64,000 nt of DNA. Origin: Puniceicoccales bacterium. Lineage in GTDB: Bacteria > Verrucomicrobiota > Verrucomicrobiia > Opitutales > JAIRLM01. Positions within the stretch are counted from its first letter, which is position 1. Each line of letters begins with the position of its first letter. The translations under genes were made by a program, and so were the position numbers. The stretch is taken from assembly GCA_031278455.1 (NCBI GenBank), contig JAITKJ010000026.1:503-64502 (forward strand), in the 5' to 3' direction. Under the pieces are notes generated by a model that was not told the origin of the DNA, searched no databases, and saw nothing but the letters and a program-made list of their open reading frames with translations. Shown piece by piece: positions 37,375-46,417 of this stretch.

Positions 37375-39724
37375 CCGTGTGGAAAGAATAGCTGATACGC
37401 GAATGTAAAATGTTGGTCAGTGTGGTGATGATGCTTTGCCGGATGATTCGCACCTGTTGGTGGGTGATGAAACAGTCATCCAATTGCCCGTCGTCGATTT
37501 TCGCCTTAAAAATGGCGCACACCAGTGATTCAATGCTTTGCCGGGTTACCTTGCGTAGAATTCGACTAGCCGCCTCGCAGGAATCCACGAGCATGAGCAC
37601 CGCCGCTTCCAGGGATTGCGGCTTGGGGCCGTCGTAGCGGTAAAAAAATTCCTCCACCGGTCGTTCCCCTGGTTCACCTGAATCGTCCTCGCCCACGTCC
37701 GACAATTCATGCAATTGGCATGCCTTGTTATAGAAATACTGAATCAGCGTGGTTCCGTGGTGCTGGCAGATAATATGGATGACCTGGGGGGGGATTCCCG
37801 CATTGGCCGCCAGTTCAGCACCCTCGCGCACGTGATTTTTGATGATTAGCACGCTAATGCGTGGTGATTTTTCCGTGTGCGGATTGTCCCCCGTTTGGTT
37901 TTCAATGAAGTACTCTGGCTTGGTGATTTTGCCCACGTCGTGGAAAAATGCAGCCACCCGACACAGCAGCGCGTTGGCGCCCACTTCATTGGCCACTTGT
38001 TCGGCGATGGCGGACACCACCAGGCTATGATGATAAGTGCCTGGTGCGTAAACTTGCAGCTGGCGCAGGAGTTTGTGGTTAAAATCGGAGAGTTCCTGCA
38101 GCTTAATGTTGCTGGCCATGCGCGAAAAACGTTCACACGGATTGAGCAACAAAATGGCCAAGAGGCCGTTGGCCATACCACCGGCGGTGGCGCCAAGGAA
38201 CTGCCCCAGAGCGACGAAAATCTCAAAATTTGCAAAAGACGTGAGCCACAGAGCGCCAAGTCCTAGGCAGAACCCACCGGTGGTGGCCACACGCAAAACC
38301 TGAGTGCGATAGGTTACCTTCCGCGATAGGACCACGGCCAGAAGCATGGCAACGAAGAAAATGACAAAAAAATCCCCATTTTTGCCAATCATCATGGTGA
38401 AAAAAATGTCCAATAAAAGGCTGTAGAACACGGCCACGTATGACCCAAGTAGGAGTGTCACAAGAATGGGGCCGAAAAATACTGGCGCCATGAATGGGAC
38501 AACACGGAAAAAATATGGTATGCGCAAAAGCAACCGTGTGTTCCAAAGATTGGAAAGAACGCGCAAACAGATGAGGTTTAGTAGCCCAAAACCAATGAGA
38601 AATAGTAGATTCCGCCGAAAAAATTCTCCCATTGGAGATGGAAAGCGTCCCATGGCACCCGTGTGAAAGGCCATCGCCGCGCATGCAAGAATGGCAAAGG
38701 TGATAGCAAAGTCGTTCCAGATGTTATGATCCACGCGCCAAAAGTGTCGGCTTTTCTTGGTCAATTCGCTGCGGTAAGCTTGCAGCTTTTCGTATTCCAT
38801 CGACGTCACTCGGGAATTTCCACTGATGATCACATCATCCGCTTCTACGGATACGACCATGGGCCTAACCGAGGCTCCGGCGAGGGCTTTTTTTTCTTCG
38901 GTTTTTTCCCGATCATAGGCCAGATTGGGCTGAATTCCCTGGCCTAGGATGTGAAACAGGGCATTGGTGGCCTGCCGCTGCTTTTCCAGCGCTCCCAGGT
39001 GCACCCGCAAATGAAACAGCGCCTCCTCCTGCGTGCGCAATTTTTGATCCCTTCCATTGGGCATCATGTCCACATTGATAAAGTAATTCACATTACTCAT
39101 GGATGGGTTTTGAAAGGCGGAGTTGGTCACCCCCCGGGCCATGATTTCCGCCAGAATCACCAGGCCTTCCTCCCAAAAAAAAGCACGCAACGGGGCATCG
39201 GCGTGGGTCAATAGCGTGGAGATGTCCTTGGCGTCGATGGTCAGATCGTAGCGCTGGTTGATGCCCTTAGTGAAAGTTTCCACGGCAGCTGTCCAAGCCG
39301 CCGCGTTCAACGCATCTTCCTGAAGTTTCTGGCCAAACACCTCAAGTTCTCCCGCCAGGAGAGCCACTTTTTCGCGAAAAATGCCGAAGGTGCTCGTATC
39401 CACCTTGTAAATCGGTGCAATGCGCTGCTTTTTGCGCTCCCGCAGCCGTTGCGTTTGGATTTCACTTTCGTATCGAAATGGAATTTCCGCGCGGATGGTC
39501 TGCGTGGACACCTGCCCGGAAATGATGTGTAACCGAACGGAAGAAGACCCGGAGAAACAAATTGTGGTAATCGCCGCCGCGAGCAGAGACAACACTCCGA
39601 TCGCCCGACTCACATAAAAATTTTCCCGCAGCACGGAGCGTACCAAATCCCACCATGCCTGGAAAGGGGCTTTGACACGCTTTCGCCGGCGGGAGGGCGA
39701 AAACCAATGCAAAATCCGTTTCAT
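37349..39724 (-). CDS. 7TM-receptor HD-domain phosphohydrolase (PgpH/YqfF-like)
   Basis: N-terminal TM, extracellular domain, seven-TM block, and a C-terminal HD domain ([15 protein letters not shown]...[20 protein letters not shown]...ICQHHG). Confidence 0.75.
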   Translation of the reverse strand: MKRILHWFSPSRRRKRVKAPFQAWWDLVRSVLRENFYVSRAIGVLSLLAAAITTICFSGSSSVRLHIISGQVSTQTIRAEIPFRYESEIQTQRLRERKKQRIAPIYKVDTSTFGIFREKVALLAGELEVFGQKLQEDALNAAAWTAAVETFTKGINQRYDLTIDAKDISTLLTHADAPLRAFFWEEGLVILAEIMARGVTNSAFQNPSMSNVNYFINVDMMPNGRDQKLRTQEEALFHLRVHLGALEKQRQATNALFHILGQGIQPNLAYDREKTEEKKALAGASVRPMVVSVEADDVIISGNSRVTSMEYEKLQAYRSELTKKSRHFWRVDHNIWNDFAITFAILACAAMAFHTGAMGRFPSPMGEFFRRNLLFLIGFGLLNLICLRVLSNLWNTRLLLRIPYFFRVVPFMAPVFFGPILVTLLLGSYVAVFYSLLLDIFFTMMIGKNGDFFVIFFVAMLLAVVLSRKVTYRTQVLRVATTGGFCLGLGALWLTSFANFEIFVALGQFLGATAGGMANGLLAILLLNPCERFSRMASNIKLQELSDFNHKLLRQLQVYAPGTYHHSLVVSAIAEQVANEVGANALLCRVAAFFHDVGKITKPEYFIENQTGDNPHTEKSPRISVLIIKNHVREGAELAANAGIPPQVIHIICQHHGTTLIQYFYNKACQLHELSDVGEDDSGEPGERPVEEFFYRYDGPKPQSLEAAVLMLVDSCEAASRILRKVTRQSIESLVCAIFKAKIDDGQLDDCFITHQQVRIIRQSIITTLTNILHSRISYSFHTDGPNEEVV

Positions 39725-39731
39725 AATCCGA

Positions 39732-40226
39732 TTATTTTTCCGCTTCCGCGAACGGCAAAAGCCGATCGTAGAGCGTTTCCAAAGCCTCCGGCAGCACCTT
39801 CGTTTTTCCTACCACGGGCATAAAGTTCGTATCCCCGTTCCACCGTGGGACCACATGGGCGTGCAGGTGCGAAGCAATCCCTGCGCCTGCCGCCGCCCCT
39901 ACGTTAAATCCGATATTAAACCCCTCCGGTTGCATAGCTTGTTTCAAGATTCTCTGCGCACGCAGTACGGATGCAAATAGTGCCAGCCGCTCCACCTCTG
40001 TCAACTCCTCAAAATCGCTCACCTCCCGAACGGGCAGAACCAGTAGGTGTCCGGCGTTATAGGGATAGCGATTCATGACGATGAAGCTGTGCCCATCCCG
40101 ATAGAGAAGAAGGTCCTTCCGCCAGTTTGAAGAGTTCAGAAGCCCAATAAACGGCGATCCACGTTTTTCCCGCGGCATCCGAACGTATTCCATCCGCCAG
40201 GAAGCGTGCAGGTAGCAGTTCTTCAT
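39732..40226 (-). CDS. HIT family protein (Ap4A phosphorylase/adenylyltransferase-like)
   Basis: FIVMNRYPYNAGHLLVLP and an intact histidine triad, ASHLHAHVVPRWNGD. Confidence 0.75.
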   Translation of the reverse strand: MKNCYLHASWRMEYVRMPREKRGSPFIGLLNSSNWRKDLLLYRDGHSFIVMNRYPYNAGHLLVLPVREVSDFEELTEVERLALFASVLRAQRILKQAMQPEGFNIGFNVGAAAGAGIASHLHAHVVPRWNGDTNFMPVVGKTKVLPEALETLYDRLLPFAEAEK

Positions 40227-40464
40227 TTGAACTTACTACCCCCATTCGGATTTTTTGCCAAATTTTTTGTTAGCCAGCGGTTCACTGCATTCAACAAAAT
40301 TAAGCATAATGTCTGCCGAAAAAATCAAACCTGTTTCGGTTGAAGTTATACTTTGCGGGCATTCAGTCGGATGAGTATTGTGGCTCGCGGGCGGATGCCT
40401 TTGGAAGAAACTGATTGCGTTTGGTTCAATCTTTTGTGGACACTTTGTGTGGTGCTTTAGCACT

Positions 40465-40553
40465 GGAGGGATGGCAGAGCGGCCGATTGCGTCGGTCTTG
40501 AAAACCGAAGTACCCATTGGGTACCGGGGGTTCGAATCCCTCTCCCTCCGCCA
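40465..40553 (+). tRNA. tRNA-Ser (anticodon TGA)
   Basis: GGAGGGATGGCAGAGCGGCCGATTGCGTCGGTCTTGAAAACCGAAGTACCCATTGGGTACCGGGGGTTCGAATCCCTCTCCCTCCGCCA. Acceptor GGAGGGA/TCCCTCC, anticodon loop CTTGAAA, long variable arm, encoded CCA. Confidence 0.9.
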
Positions 40554-40570
40554 AAAATGACACAAAGTTT

Positions 40571-41473
40571 TTAAACACCTAGAAGCTCGGCCGCTTCGCA
40601 GCCAGTTGCGCCAGGGATTTTTTTCTTCGCCAGGCCGATGAGAACCTTCCCCGATCCACATTCGCAAAAATTGTTAACACCTAGGGCGGCGGCATGTTGC
40701 ATGCAGGTCTCCCATTGAACCGGCGCGGTAATCTGCTTCACCAGTAAGCAGCGAATGGCGTCGGGGTCCCCGTGGGGTTCCCCGGTTACGTTTGAAAAAA
40801 CAGGCATGATCGGTCTGCGGATATTCAATTTTTTCACTTCAGGTTGGAAGGCCTTTTGTGCCTCGATCATTTGCGGACTGTGATAAGCACCGGCAACATT
40901 GAGGCGAAAGGCGCGGCGGAATGAAAAGTTTCCAACCAACTCCATGGCTGCCTCGATTCCCGCCATGGAACCGGAAACAACGACCTGATCAGGCGCATTG
41001 AAATTTGAAGGATAAAGTCCAGTTTGCTCGCAAAGGGAAAAAACTTCCCTTTGTTCGCCTCCGATAAGACTCACCATGCCACCAGGTGTTCTTCGGCAGG
41101 CCTCATCCATCAGTTGTCCACGCATTGCAACCAATGGCAGGCCATCTTCGAAGGTAAAAGCCCCGGCAGCGGCAAGGGCGGTCCACTCGCCAAGACTCAA
41201 ACCAGCAAAACACACCGCATCCAGCAAAAGCTCTCGGGCTTCTAAAGTTTTAAACACGCCGTAGCCAACGGTATAGAGTGCCACCTGGCATATATCGGTC
41301 CGGGTAAGATCCTCAAGGGGGCCATCGAAGCAAATTTGCCTCAAATCAATGTGGAGCATATCCGAAGCTTGCTCGAGGCAATTGAGCAAAATTGGAGAAT
41401 CGGCACATTCGCGCCCCATGCCGATCCGCTGAGCCCCCTGCCCGGTGAATAGAACTCCAGTAGCCATTTGCAC
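40571..41473 (-). CDS. fabD: malonyl CoA-ACP transacylase
   Basis: FTGQGAQRIGMG, nucleophile elbow AGLSLGEWTAL, NAPDQVVVSG, GAYHSP. Confidence 0.85.
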   Translation of the reverse strand: MQMATGVLFTGQGAQRIGMGRECADSPILLNCLEQASDMLHIDLRQICFDGPLEDLTRTDICQVALYTVGYGVFKTLEARELLLDAVCFAGLSLGEWTALAAAGAFTFEDGLPLVAMRGQLMDEACRRTPGGMVSLIGGEQREVFSLCEQTGLYPSNFNAPDQVVVSGSMAGIEAAMELVGNFSFRRAFRLNVAGAYHSPQMIEAQKAFQPEVKKLNIRRPIMPVFSNVTGEPHGDPDAIRCLLVKQITAPVQWETCMQHAAALGVNNFCECGSGKVLIGLAKKKIPGATGCEAAELLGV

Positions 41474-41662
41474 CTACGTTGGTAAAGTTGATCTCGAAGG
41501 CAAAAGCAAAATTATTAGTGTTTTGAGCCACATCCGTTTAATTGCAGCAGAAAACCCTACACCCATTGAAAAATTTCCATTAGGCGCAGCAAATGAAGAA
41601 AGATACGTTGCAAACGGCTAATTCGCGCTTAAAGAGCGTGTAGAACTTATTAGCGCAACATA

Positions 41663-43522
41663 ATGTCACGATTAAATCGAATTTGGGTGTTCTATGTGTT
41701 TCTTGCAGCAACATGTGCTTATCTGCAGGGCGGGCTTTTTTATCGGCAGATTATTCAGCACGAAAAGTTTCTCGAAAAAGAGCAGCGGCAAAACCACCGG
41801 CGCATCATCGTTTCTTCCCCACGCGGGAATATCTACGACCGCAATGGCCGGCTTTTGGCGGGGAATAAATCGCAGTTTTCTCTAGTTGCCTATCTGTCCG
41901 GGCTGCAAGGACAATTTTTAAGCGAGTATCGGCAACGTGTCCGCCAGTTGCGAAAAAACGATTTGCCCGTGGACGTACGGGAAGAACGCTCACAGGCACG
42001 CTTTGCCGTCCTTTGCCGGTATTTAGAACCCATCGAAAAGTGGATCAACCACCCAATTCCGTTGGAGCGCAAGGCATTGGATCGGCATCAGGCGCAAAAG
42101 ATTCTTCTGCCCATGGTTCTCATGGAAAATCTTTCCGCGGAGGAGTTGGCAAAAATTGTCGAATTTTTACCACCGAATGGCCCATTGCAGGTGGAAACGG
42201 GAACGGTGCGCTTCTATCCCAACGGATCCGTCGCCGCGCATGTAATCGGCTACGCATCACCGACAACGGAAATAAAAGCCGATGACCTGGTGGGGAAAAA
42301 TTTTAAAACCTTCGCCGGACGTGGCATAGTCGGTCGCGCCGGCGTAGAGGCATCCATGGACGAGACCCTGCGCGGGGTAAACGGCGGCAGCATTTGGATC
42401 GTTGACCCGGCTGGGCGGCAGACACAGCGAGTTTTTCACCAGGATGTGACCCGAGGAAAAGATGTAACGCTAAGCATCGACATTGACCTACAGAAAGTTG
42501 CCGAGGAAGCGCTCTCCGGAGAGGTTGGTTGCGCGATTCTATCGGACGTGCAAACGGGGGAAATCCTCGCCATGGCCAGCGGGCCGTCCTTTAACCTTAA
42601 CGACCTCACCCCACGCATTCCAAACCAGATCTACCAGGCCATCACCGATAGGGGCGCGTGGCTTAACCAGTGCATCCAAGGGCTTTACCCGCCCGGATCC
42701 ATTTTCAAGCTCGTGTCCGCTGCCGTCCTTCTGCGCCATAACGTGGTAAATCGGCAAACGGAGCATGTTTGCGCCGGATATACGTCCGTTGGGAACCGGA
42801 TCATCCGCTGCAATAACCACTACGAGCGGGGACATTTGCCGTTCATTTTAGCCCTTGCCAAAAGCTGCAACAGCATGCCCATTGATCTCATTCTCGGCCA
42901 CATTCCGCTGCAAACCTTTCTCCATGAAATCCGCGATTTTGGCTTTGGTGAACGTACGGGCATCGAATTGCCCTACGAAACGCGCCGGTCGCTGGTTCCG
43001 ACACCGGAATGGAAAAAGGAGCATGGTTATAGCCGTTGGGTCGATGGGGATACGGCAAATTTGGCCATTGGTCAGGGGTATCTCCTCGTGACCCCGCTCC
43101 AAATCAATATGTTTACCGCATCCCTGGCCGGACGCCGCCTGCGCACCACCCCAACTATTTTTCGAAGGGAGAATGGGTATGGTTTGCTCCAAAATATGCC
43201 GCTGGAGCTCGACGATGAAGCCTATGAAACATTTTTAGACGGCATGCGCGGATGCGTGGAATATGGCTCCGGACGCCGCTGTAGGGTCGATGGGCTTTCC
43301 GTCGCCGCAAAAACGGGAACGGCACAAATCCGCCAGAATGGTAAAAATAGCCATCTCGCCTGGATTACAGCATTTGCGCCGGCGGGGCACGGGGAGACAC
43401 CAAGGGTAGCGGTTACGATCATGCTCTGTGAGCCATTTGACGGCAAAGAGTACGGCGGCGGTCGGGAAGCGGCGCCAGTGGCTCAAAAAATATTGCAAAG
43501 TTACTTCAAGCGCACCCTCTGA
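41663..43522 (+). CDS. class B penicillin-binding protein (PBP2-type transpeptidase)
   Basis: N-terminal anchor, PRGNIYDRNGRLLAGN, SxxK (GSIFKL), SxN (KSCNS), KTG (AKTGTA). Confidence 0.85.
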   Translation: MSRLNRIWVFYVFLAATCAYLQGGLFYRQIIQHEKFLEKEQRQNHRRIIVSSPRGNIYDRNGRLLAGNKSQFSLVAYLSGLQGQFLSEYRQRVRQLRKNDLPVDVREERSQARFAVLCRYLEPIEKWINHPIPLERKALDRHQAQKILLPMVLMENLSAEELAKIVEFLPPNGPLQVETGTVRFYPNGSVAAHVIGYASPTTEIKADDLVGKNFKTFAGRGIVGRAGVEASMDETLRGVNGGSIWIVDPAGRQTQRVFHQDVTRGKDVTLSIDIDLQKVAEEALSGEVGCAILSDVQTGEILAMASGPSFNLNDLTPRIPNQIYQAITDRGAWLNQCIQGLYPPGSIFKLVSAAVLLRHNVVNRQTEHVCAGYTSVGNRIIRCNNHYERGHLPFILALAKSCNSMPIDLILGHIPLQTFLHEIRDFGFGERTGIELPYETRRSLVPTPEWKKEHGYSRWVDGDTANLAIGQGYLLVTPLQINMFTASLAGRRLRTTPTIFRRENGYGLLQNMPLELDDEAYETFLDGMRGCVEYGSGRRCRVDGLSVAAKTGTAQIRQNGKNSHLAWITAFAPAGHGETPRVAVTIMLCEPFDGKEYGGGREAAPVAQKILQSYFKRTL

Positions 43523-43531
43523 TGTCCTCAA

Positions 43532-44992
43532 ATGGATACGGATTTTAACACCAGCGATATTTTCCAAGTTCGCTTGCAAAAATTGGCAAATTTGCGGGCG
43601 GCCGGCGTTGACCCCTACCGGCAGGATTTTGCGCAAACGCACACAAGCGAGCAAATACGCGAAATCTTAGGCAATAAGACCGAATGCGATGTAAAAGTTT
43701 CCGTTGCCGGGCGCATTTTGTCCTTTCGCCTCATGGGAAAGGCCGCGTTTCTGGTCCTGCTCGACCGCGCCGGGACAATCCAGTGCTATATAAAAAAAGA
43801 TGAGCTAGGCGATGAGGCCTATGAGCGCTTTAAGACCTTCGACGTTGGCGATATGGTCGGCGTTCGCGGGGTACCCTTCCATACGAGCACAGGAGAACCG
43901 ACGGTCCGCGCCCGAGAAATAACCATTCTCTCCAAATCCCTGCGCGCCCTTCCGGAAAAATTCCATGGCCTCGCAAACAGTGAACAAATTTACCGGCAGC
44001 GGTACCTGGACCTGATCACCAATTCCCAATCCCGCAAACGTGCATTTTTGCGCTGTAAAATTCTGCGGGGTATTCGCGAGTTTCTTTGGGAGCGGGATTT
44101 CGTCGAAGTTGAAACGCCTATGCTGCAAAGTGTGGCCGGTGGGGCGGCGGCTCGGCCATTTATCACCCATATGAATGCCCTGGACCATGACTTTTTCCTG
44201 CGCATTTCCCTGGAATTATACCTAAAGCGCATGCTGGTGGGCGGATTTGATCGGGTCTTTGAAATGGGCCGCGTATTTCGCAACGAGGGGCTTTCCCGCC
44301 GGCATAACCCGGAATTCACCATGCTCGAGCTCTACCAGGCCTATACGGACCACCGGGATATGATGGCGCTCGTTTACGATCTCGTCCAATACCTGTGTGC
44401 GGAGGTCCTGGGAACCACGTCATTTCCGCAGGCCAACGGAGAAGTGGTGGAACTCGGCGGCCCGTGGCGAGAGGCGACCTATCGGGATCTCATTCTAGAG
44501 GCCACGAAGGATCCCCATTGGTTTGATCTGAGTAAGCCGCAGAAACTTGAAAAGTGTCGGGAATTCGGCATCGAGGTTAATTCGGAGTTGGAGGATTTTG
44601 CCATTGATAATGACGTCTTTGAAAAAATGGTGGAGTGCAACCTCATCCAACCAACCTTCGTAACCCATTTGCCAAGGGAGCTATGCCCCATGGCCAAGCT
44701 GAATCAAAAGGATCCAGGTTTATTGGACGTGTTTGAGCTTTGCATCAATGGCCAGGAAATCGCCCCTGCCTATTCGGAGCAAAATGACCCCATTGTCCAG
44801 CGGCAAATGTTTGAAGCGCAGGTCGGCGAGGATATCCAATCCTTAGACAACGACTTTCTTGCCGCATTGGAGTACGGCATGCCACCCGCCGGCGGCATGG
44901 GCATCGGCATAGATCGATTGGTTATTCTTCTCACGGGCGCCTCCAACATCCGCGACACCATTCTTTATCCCTCGCTTAAACCACAGGAGTAG
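43532..44992 (+). CDS. lysS: lysine--tRNA ligase (class II)
   Basis: OB-fold N-domain VSVAGRILSFRLMGKAAF, motif 2 FRNEGLSRRHNPEFTMLELYQAY, motif 3 GGMGIGIDRLVILL. Confidence 0.95.
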   Translation: MDTDFNTSDIFQVRLQKLANLRAAGVDPYRQDFAQTHTSEQIREILGNKTECDVKVSVAGRILSFRLMGKAAFLVLLDRAGTIQCYIKKDELGDEAYERFKTFDVGDMVGVRGVPFHTSTGEPTVRAREITILSKSLRALPEKFHGLANSEQIYRQRYLDLITNSQSRKRAFLRCKILRGIREFLWERDFVEVETPMLQSVAGGAAARPFITHMNALDHDFFLRISLELYLKRMLVGGFDRVFEMGRVFRNEGLSRRHNPEFTMLELYQAYTDHRDMMALVYDLVQYLCAEVLGTTSFPQANGEVVELGGPWREATYRDLILEATKDPHWFDLSKPQKLEKCREFGIEVNSELEDFAIDNDVFEKMVECNLIQPTFVTHLPRELCPMAKLNQKDPGLLDVFELCINGQEIAPAYSEQNDPIVQRQMFEAQVGEDIQSLDNDFLAALEYGMPPAGGMGIGIDRLVILLTGASNIRDTILYPSLKPQE

Positions 44993-45042
44993 AGCATCAG
45001 CCATAATGGACCTCCTACAGAAATCAAAATTGCAGCCATGAG

Positions 45043-45094
45043 TTCAGCAACTCATACGGCGAAAAATGGCCAAAATAGACTTTCGCAAGAAGTT
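45043..45094 (+). repeat. left copy of a 52-bp direct repeat
   Basis: TTCAGCAACTCATACGGCGAAAAATGGCCAAAATAGACTTTCGCAAGAAGTT. 47/52 identical, ungapped, to 45856..45907. Confidence 0.85.
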
Positions 45095-45180
45095 CATTCT
45101 ATTCCACAAGGCGCAATCATCAGAGTCTCTGGCACACTTTATCTTGACGGGTAGCAGATTTTGGTGGAAATTCGATAATC

Positions 45181-45657
45181 ATGCTACAGAAGAACTCGCC
45201 CGAAGGAAAGGATGAAGCACTCGAAGCCGGCTTAAAACAAGCCGCGGCTTTTGGAAATGTAAGTTTTGATATTTTTCTTCTTACAACATTTGCAACGAAA
45301 GAAGATATCAGAAATATTTATGGCAGAATCGATAATATCGACAAAGAAGTTACCGTTTTAAAAAGTGACGTGGCTGTCCTGAAAACCGATGTGGCTGTTT
45401 TGAAGACAGATGTGGCTGTTTTGAAGACAGATGTGGCTATTTTAAAGAGCGATGTGGCTGTCCTGAAAACCGATGTGGCTGTCTTAAAGAGCGATGTGGC
45501 TGAGTTGAAATGTGACGTAAATTACATTCGAAACAAAGTCGATGGTCTAGAGGAAAAAGTTAATGGATTCAAAAATTGGGTTCTTACCAATATGCTCACG
45601 ACCGTTTTGGGACTCCTGGGCGTGGTTTGCTCCATGGCAATTATCACAAAAAGATAG
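45181..45657 (+). CDS. tail-anchored coiled-coil protein with heptad tandem repeats
   Basis: 158 aa. The central region (V/D)VAVLK(T/S)D is repeated 8 times as heptads. C-terminal TM segment WVLTNMLTTVLGLLGVVCSMAII. The architecture resembles XhlA/DUF1640/Bdr-type proteins (inference). Confidence 0.65.
   Translation: MLQKNSPEGKDEALEAGLKQAAAFGNVSFDIFLLTTFATKEDIRNIYGRIDNIDKEVTVLKSDVAVLKTDVAVLKTDVAVLKTDVAILKSDVAVLKTDVAVLKSDVAELKCDVNYIRNKVDGLEEKVNGFKNWVLTNMLTTVLGLLGVVCSMAIITKR
45349..45516 (+). repeat. 8 x 21-bp in-frame tandem repeat inside the coiled-coil gene
   Basis: Units start at 45349, 45370, 45391, 45412, 45433, 45454, 45475 and 45496. Units 3 and 4 are identical (GTGGCTGTTTTGAAGACAGAT). 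Units 2 and 6 are identical (GTGGCTGTCCTGAAAACCGAT). Confidence 0.9.
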
Positions 45658-45855
45658 AGCGGCACACGGGGCCGAGCCTATGTTCGAACTTTGGCTTCAG
45701 CTGCCAACGTATGGCTTGTAAAGTCAATTTTTATAATAGTTTTTCGGCCATATGGCAAAAAAATTGGCATTTCATGCGCGAAGACTTAGGTAAGCGTACG
45801 ACTTGCAAAAGTCATTCCTATAAAAATTTCAAAAATCGTATTTTTTCAGAATTTA

Positions 45856-45907
45856 TTCGGCAACTCATACGGCAAAAAATGGCCGAAATAGACCTTCGCA
45901 AGAAATT
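45856..45907 (+). repeat. right copy of the 52-bp direct repeat
   Basis: TTCGGCAACTCATACGGCAAAAAATGGCCGAAATAGACCTTCGCAAGAAATT. 47/52 identical to 45043..45094. Confidence 0.85.
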
Positions 45908-45959
45908 TAATGCTTGGTCCTTAGTGTCGCTGTGAGGGTCTTGCGTTTCCGTTGAAAAG

Positions 45960-46298
45960 TTATTCAATCATATGGCCAAGGCCGGAAGGACTTGCGATAA
46001 AGAGCGTTAGATGCGGTATGATTTGTCCAGCTGATTTGCCGTTATTGATAACGATGCGGTAGCCGTCGCCGCCAAGTTTTTTCCCCATTCCATGAGACAC
46101 CCACAGCAAATGACCCAAAAGCGACACATCTCCTTCGGTCGCCGCCATCAAATTCTCCAGGGGTTTCCGCGGAATGATAAGCAAATGTTGCACCAGTGCT
46201 TTCGGAACAATGTCCCGAATGACGAAACATAAACCGTCTTCGTAAACGATTTCCGACAGAATTTTCCGATTTGCGATTTTTTCGAACAATGTGACCAT
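45960..46298 (-). CDS. HIT/Hint-like protein with degenerate histidine triad
   Basis: Colinear with Hint proteins (FEKIANRKI..EIVYED, HLLIIPRKP, GYRIVINNGKSAGQ). The HxHxHxx motif reads HLTLFIA instead. Confidence 0.7.
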   Translation of the reverse strand: MVTLFEKIANRKILSEIVYEDGLCFVIRDIVPKALVQHLLIIPRKPLENLMAATEGDVSLLGHLLWVSHGMGKKLGGDGYRIVINNGKSAGQIIPHLTLFIASPSGLGHMIE

Positions 46299-46417
46299 AC
46301 TTCAGCTTTCCTTAAATAACCGGAGCAACCGATACGCCGGCAAGTGGGTGTCTTTCGTGTTTGCTTTTACCGCAAAACGTAAAAGCATTCTACGTTGTTT
46401 TTCCTTGTTTTTGAGAA

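Noticed and set aside
45349-45516. Regular 21-bp repeats as a possible CRISPR array
   Set aside because: The units are contiguous with no spacers, in frame, and encode a heptad coiled coil inside an ORF.
45043-45907. The 52-bp repeats as integron attC sites
   Set aside because: The copies are direct repeats without the internal R''/L''-L'/R' inverted-repeat structure. They lack RYYYAAC/GTTRRRY cores, and no intI gene is nearby.
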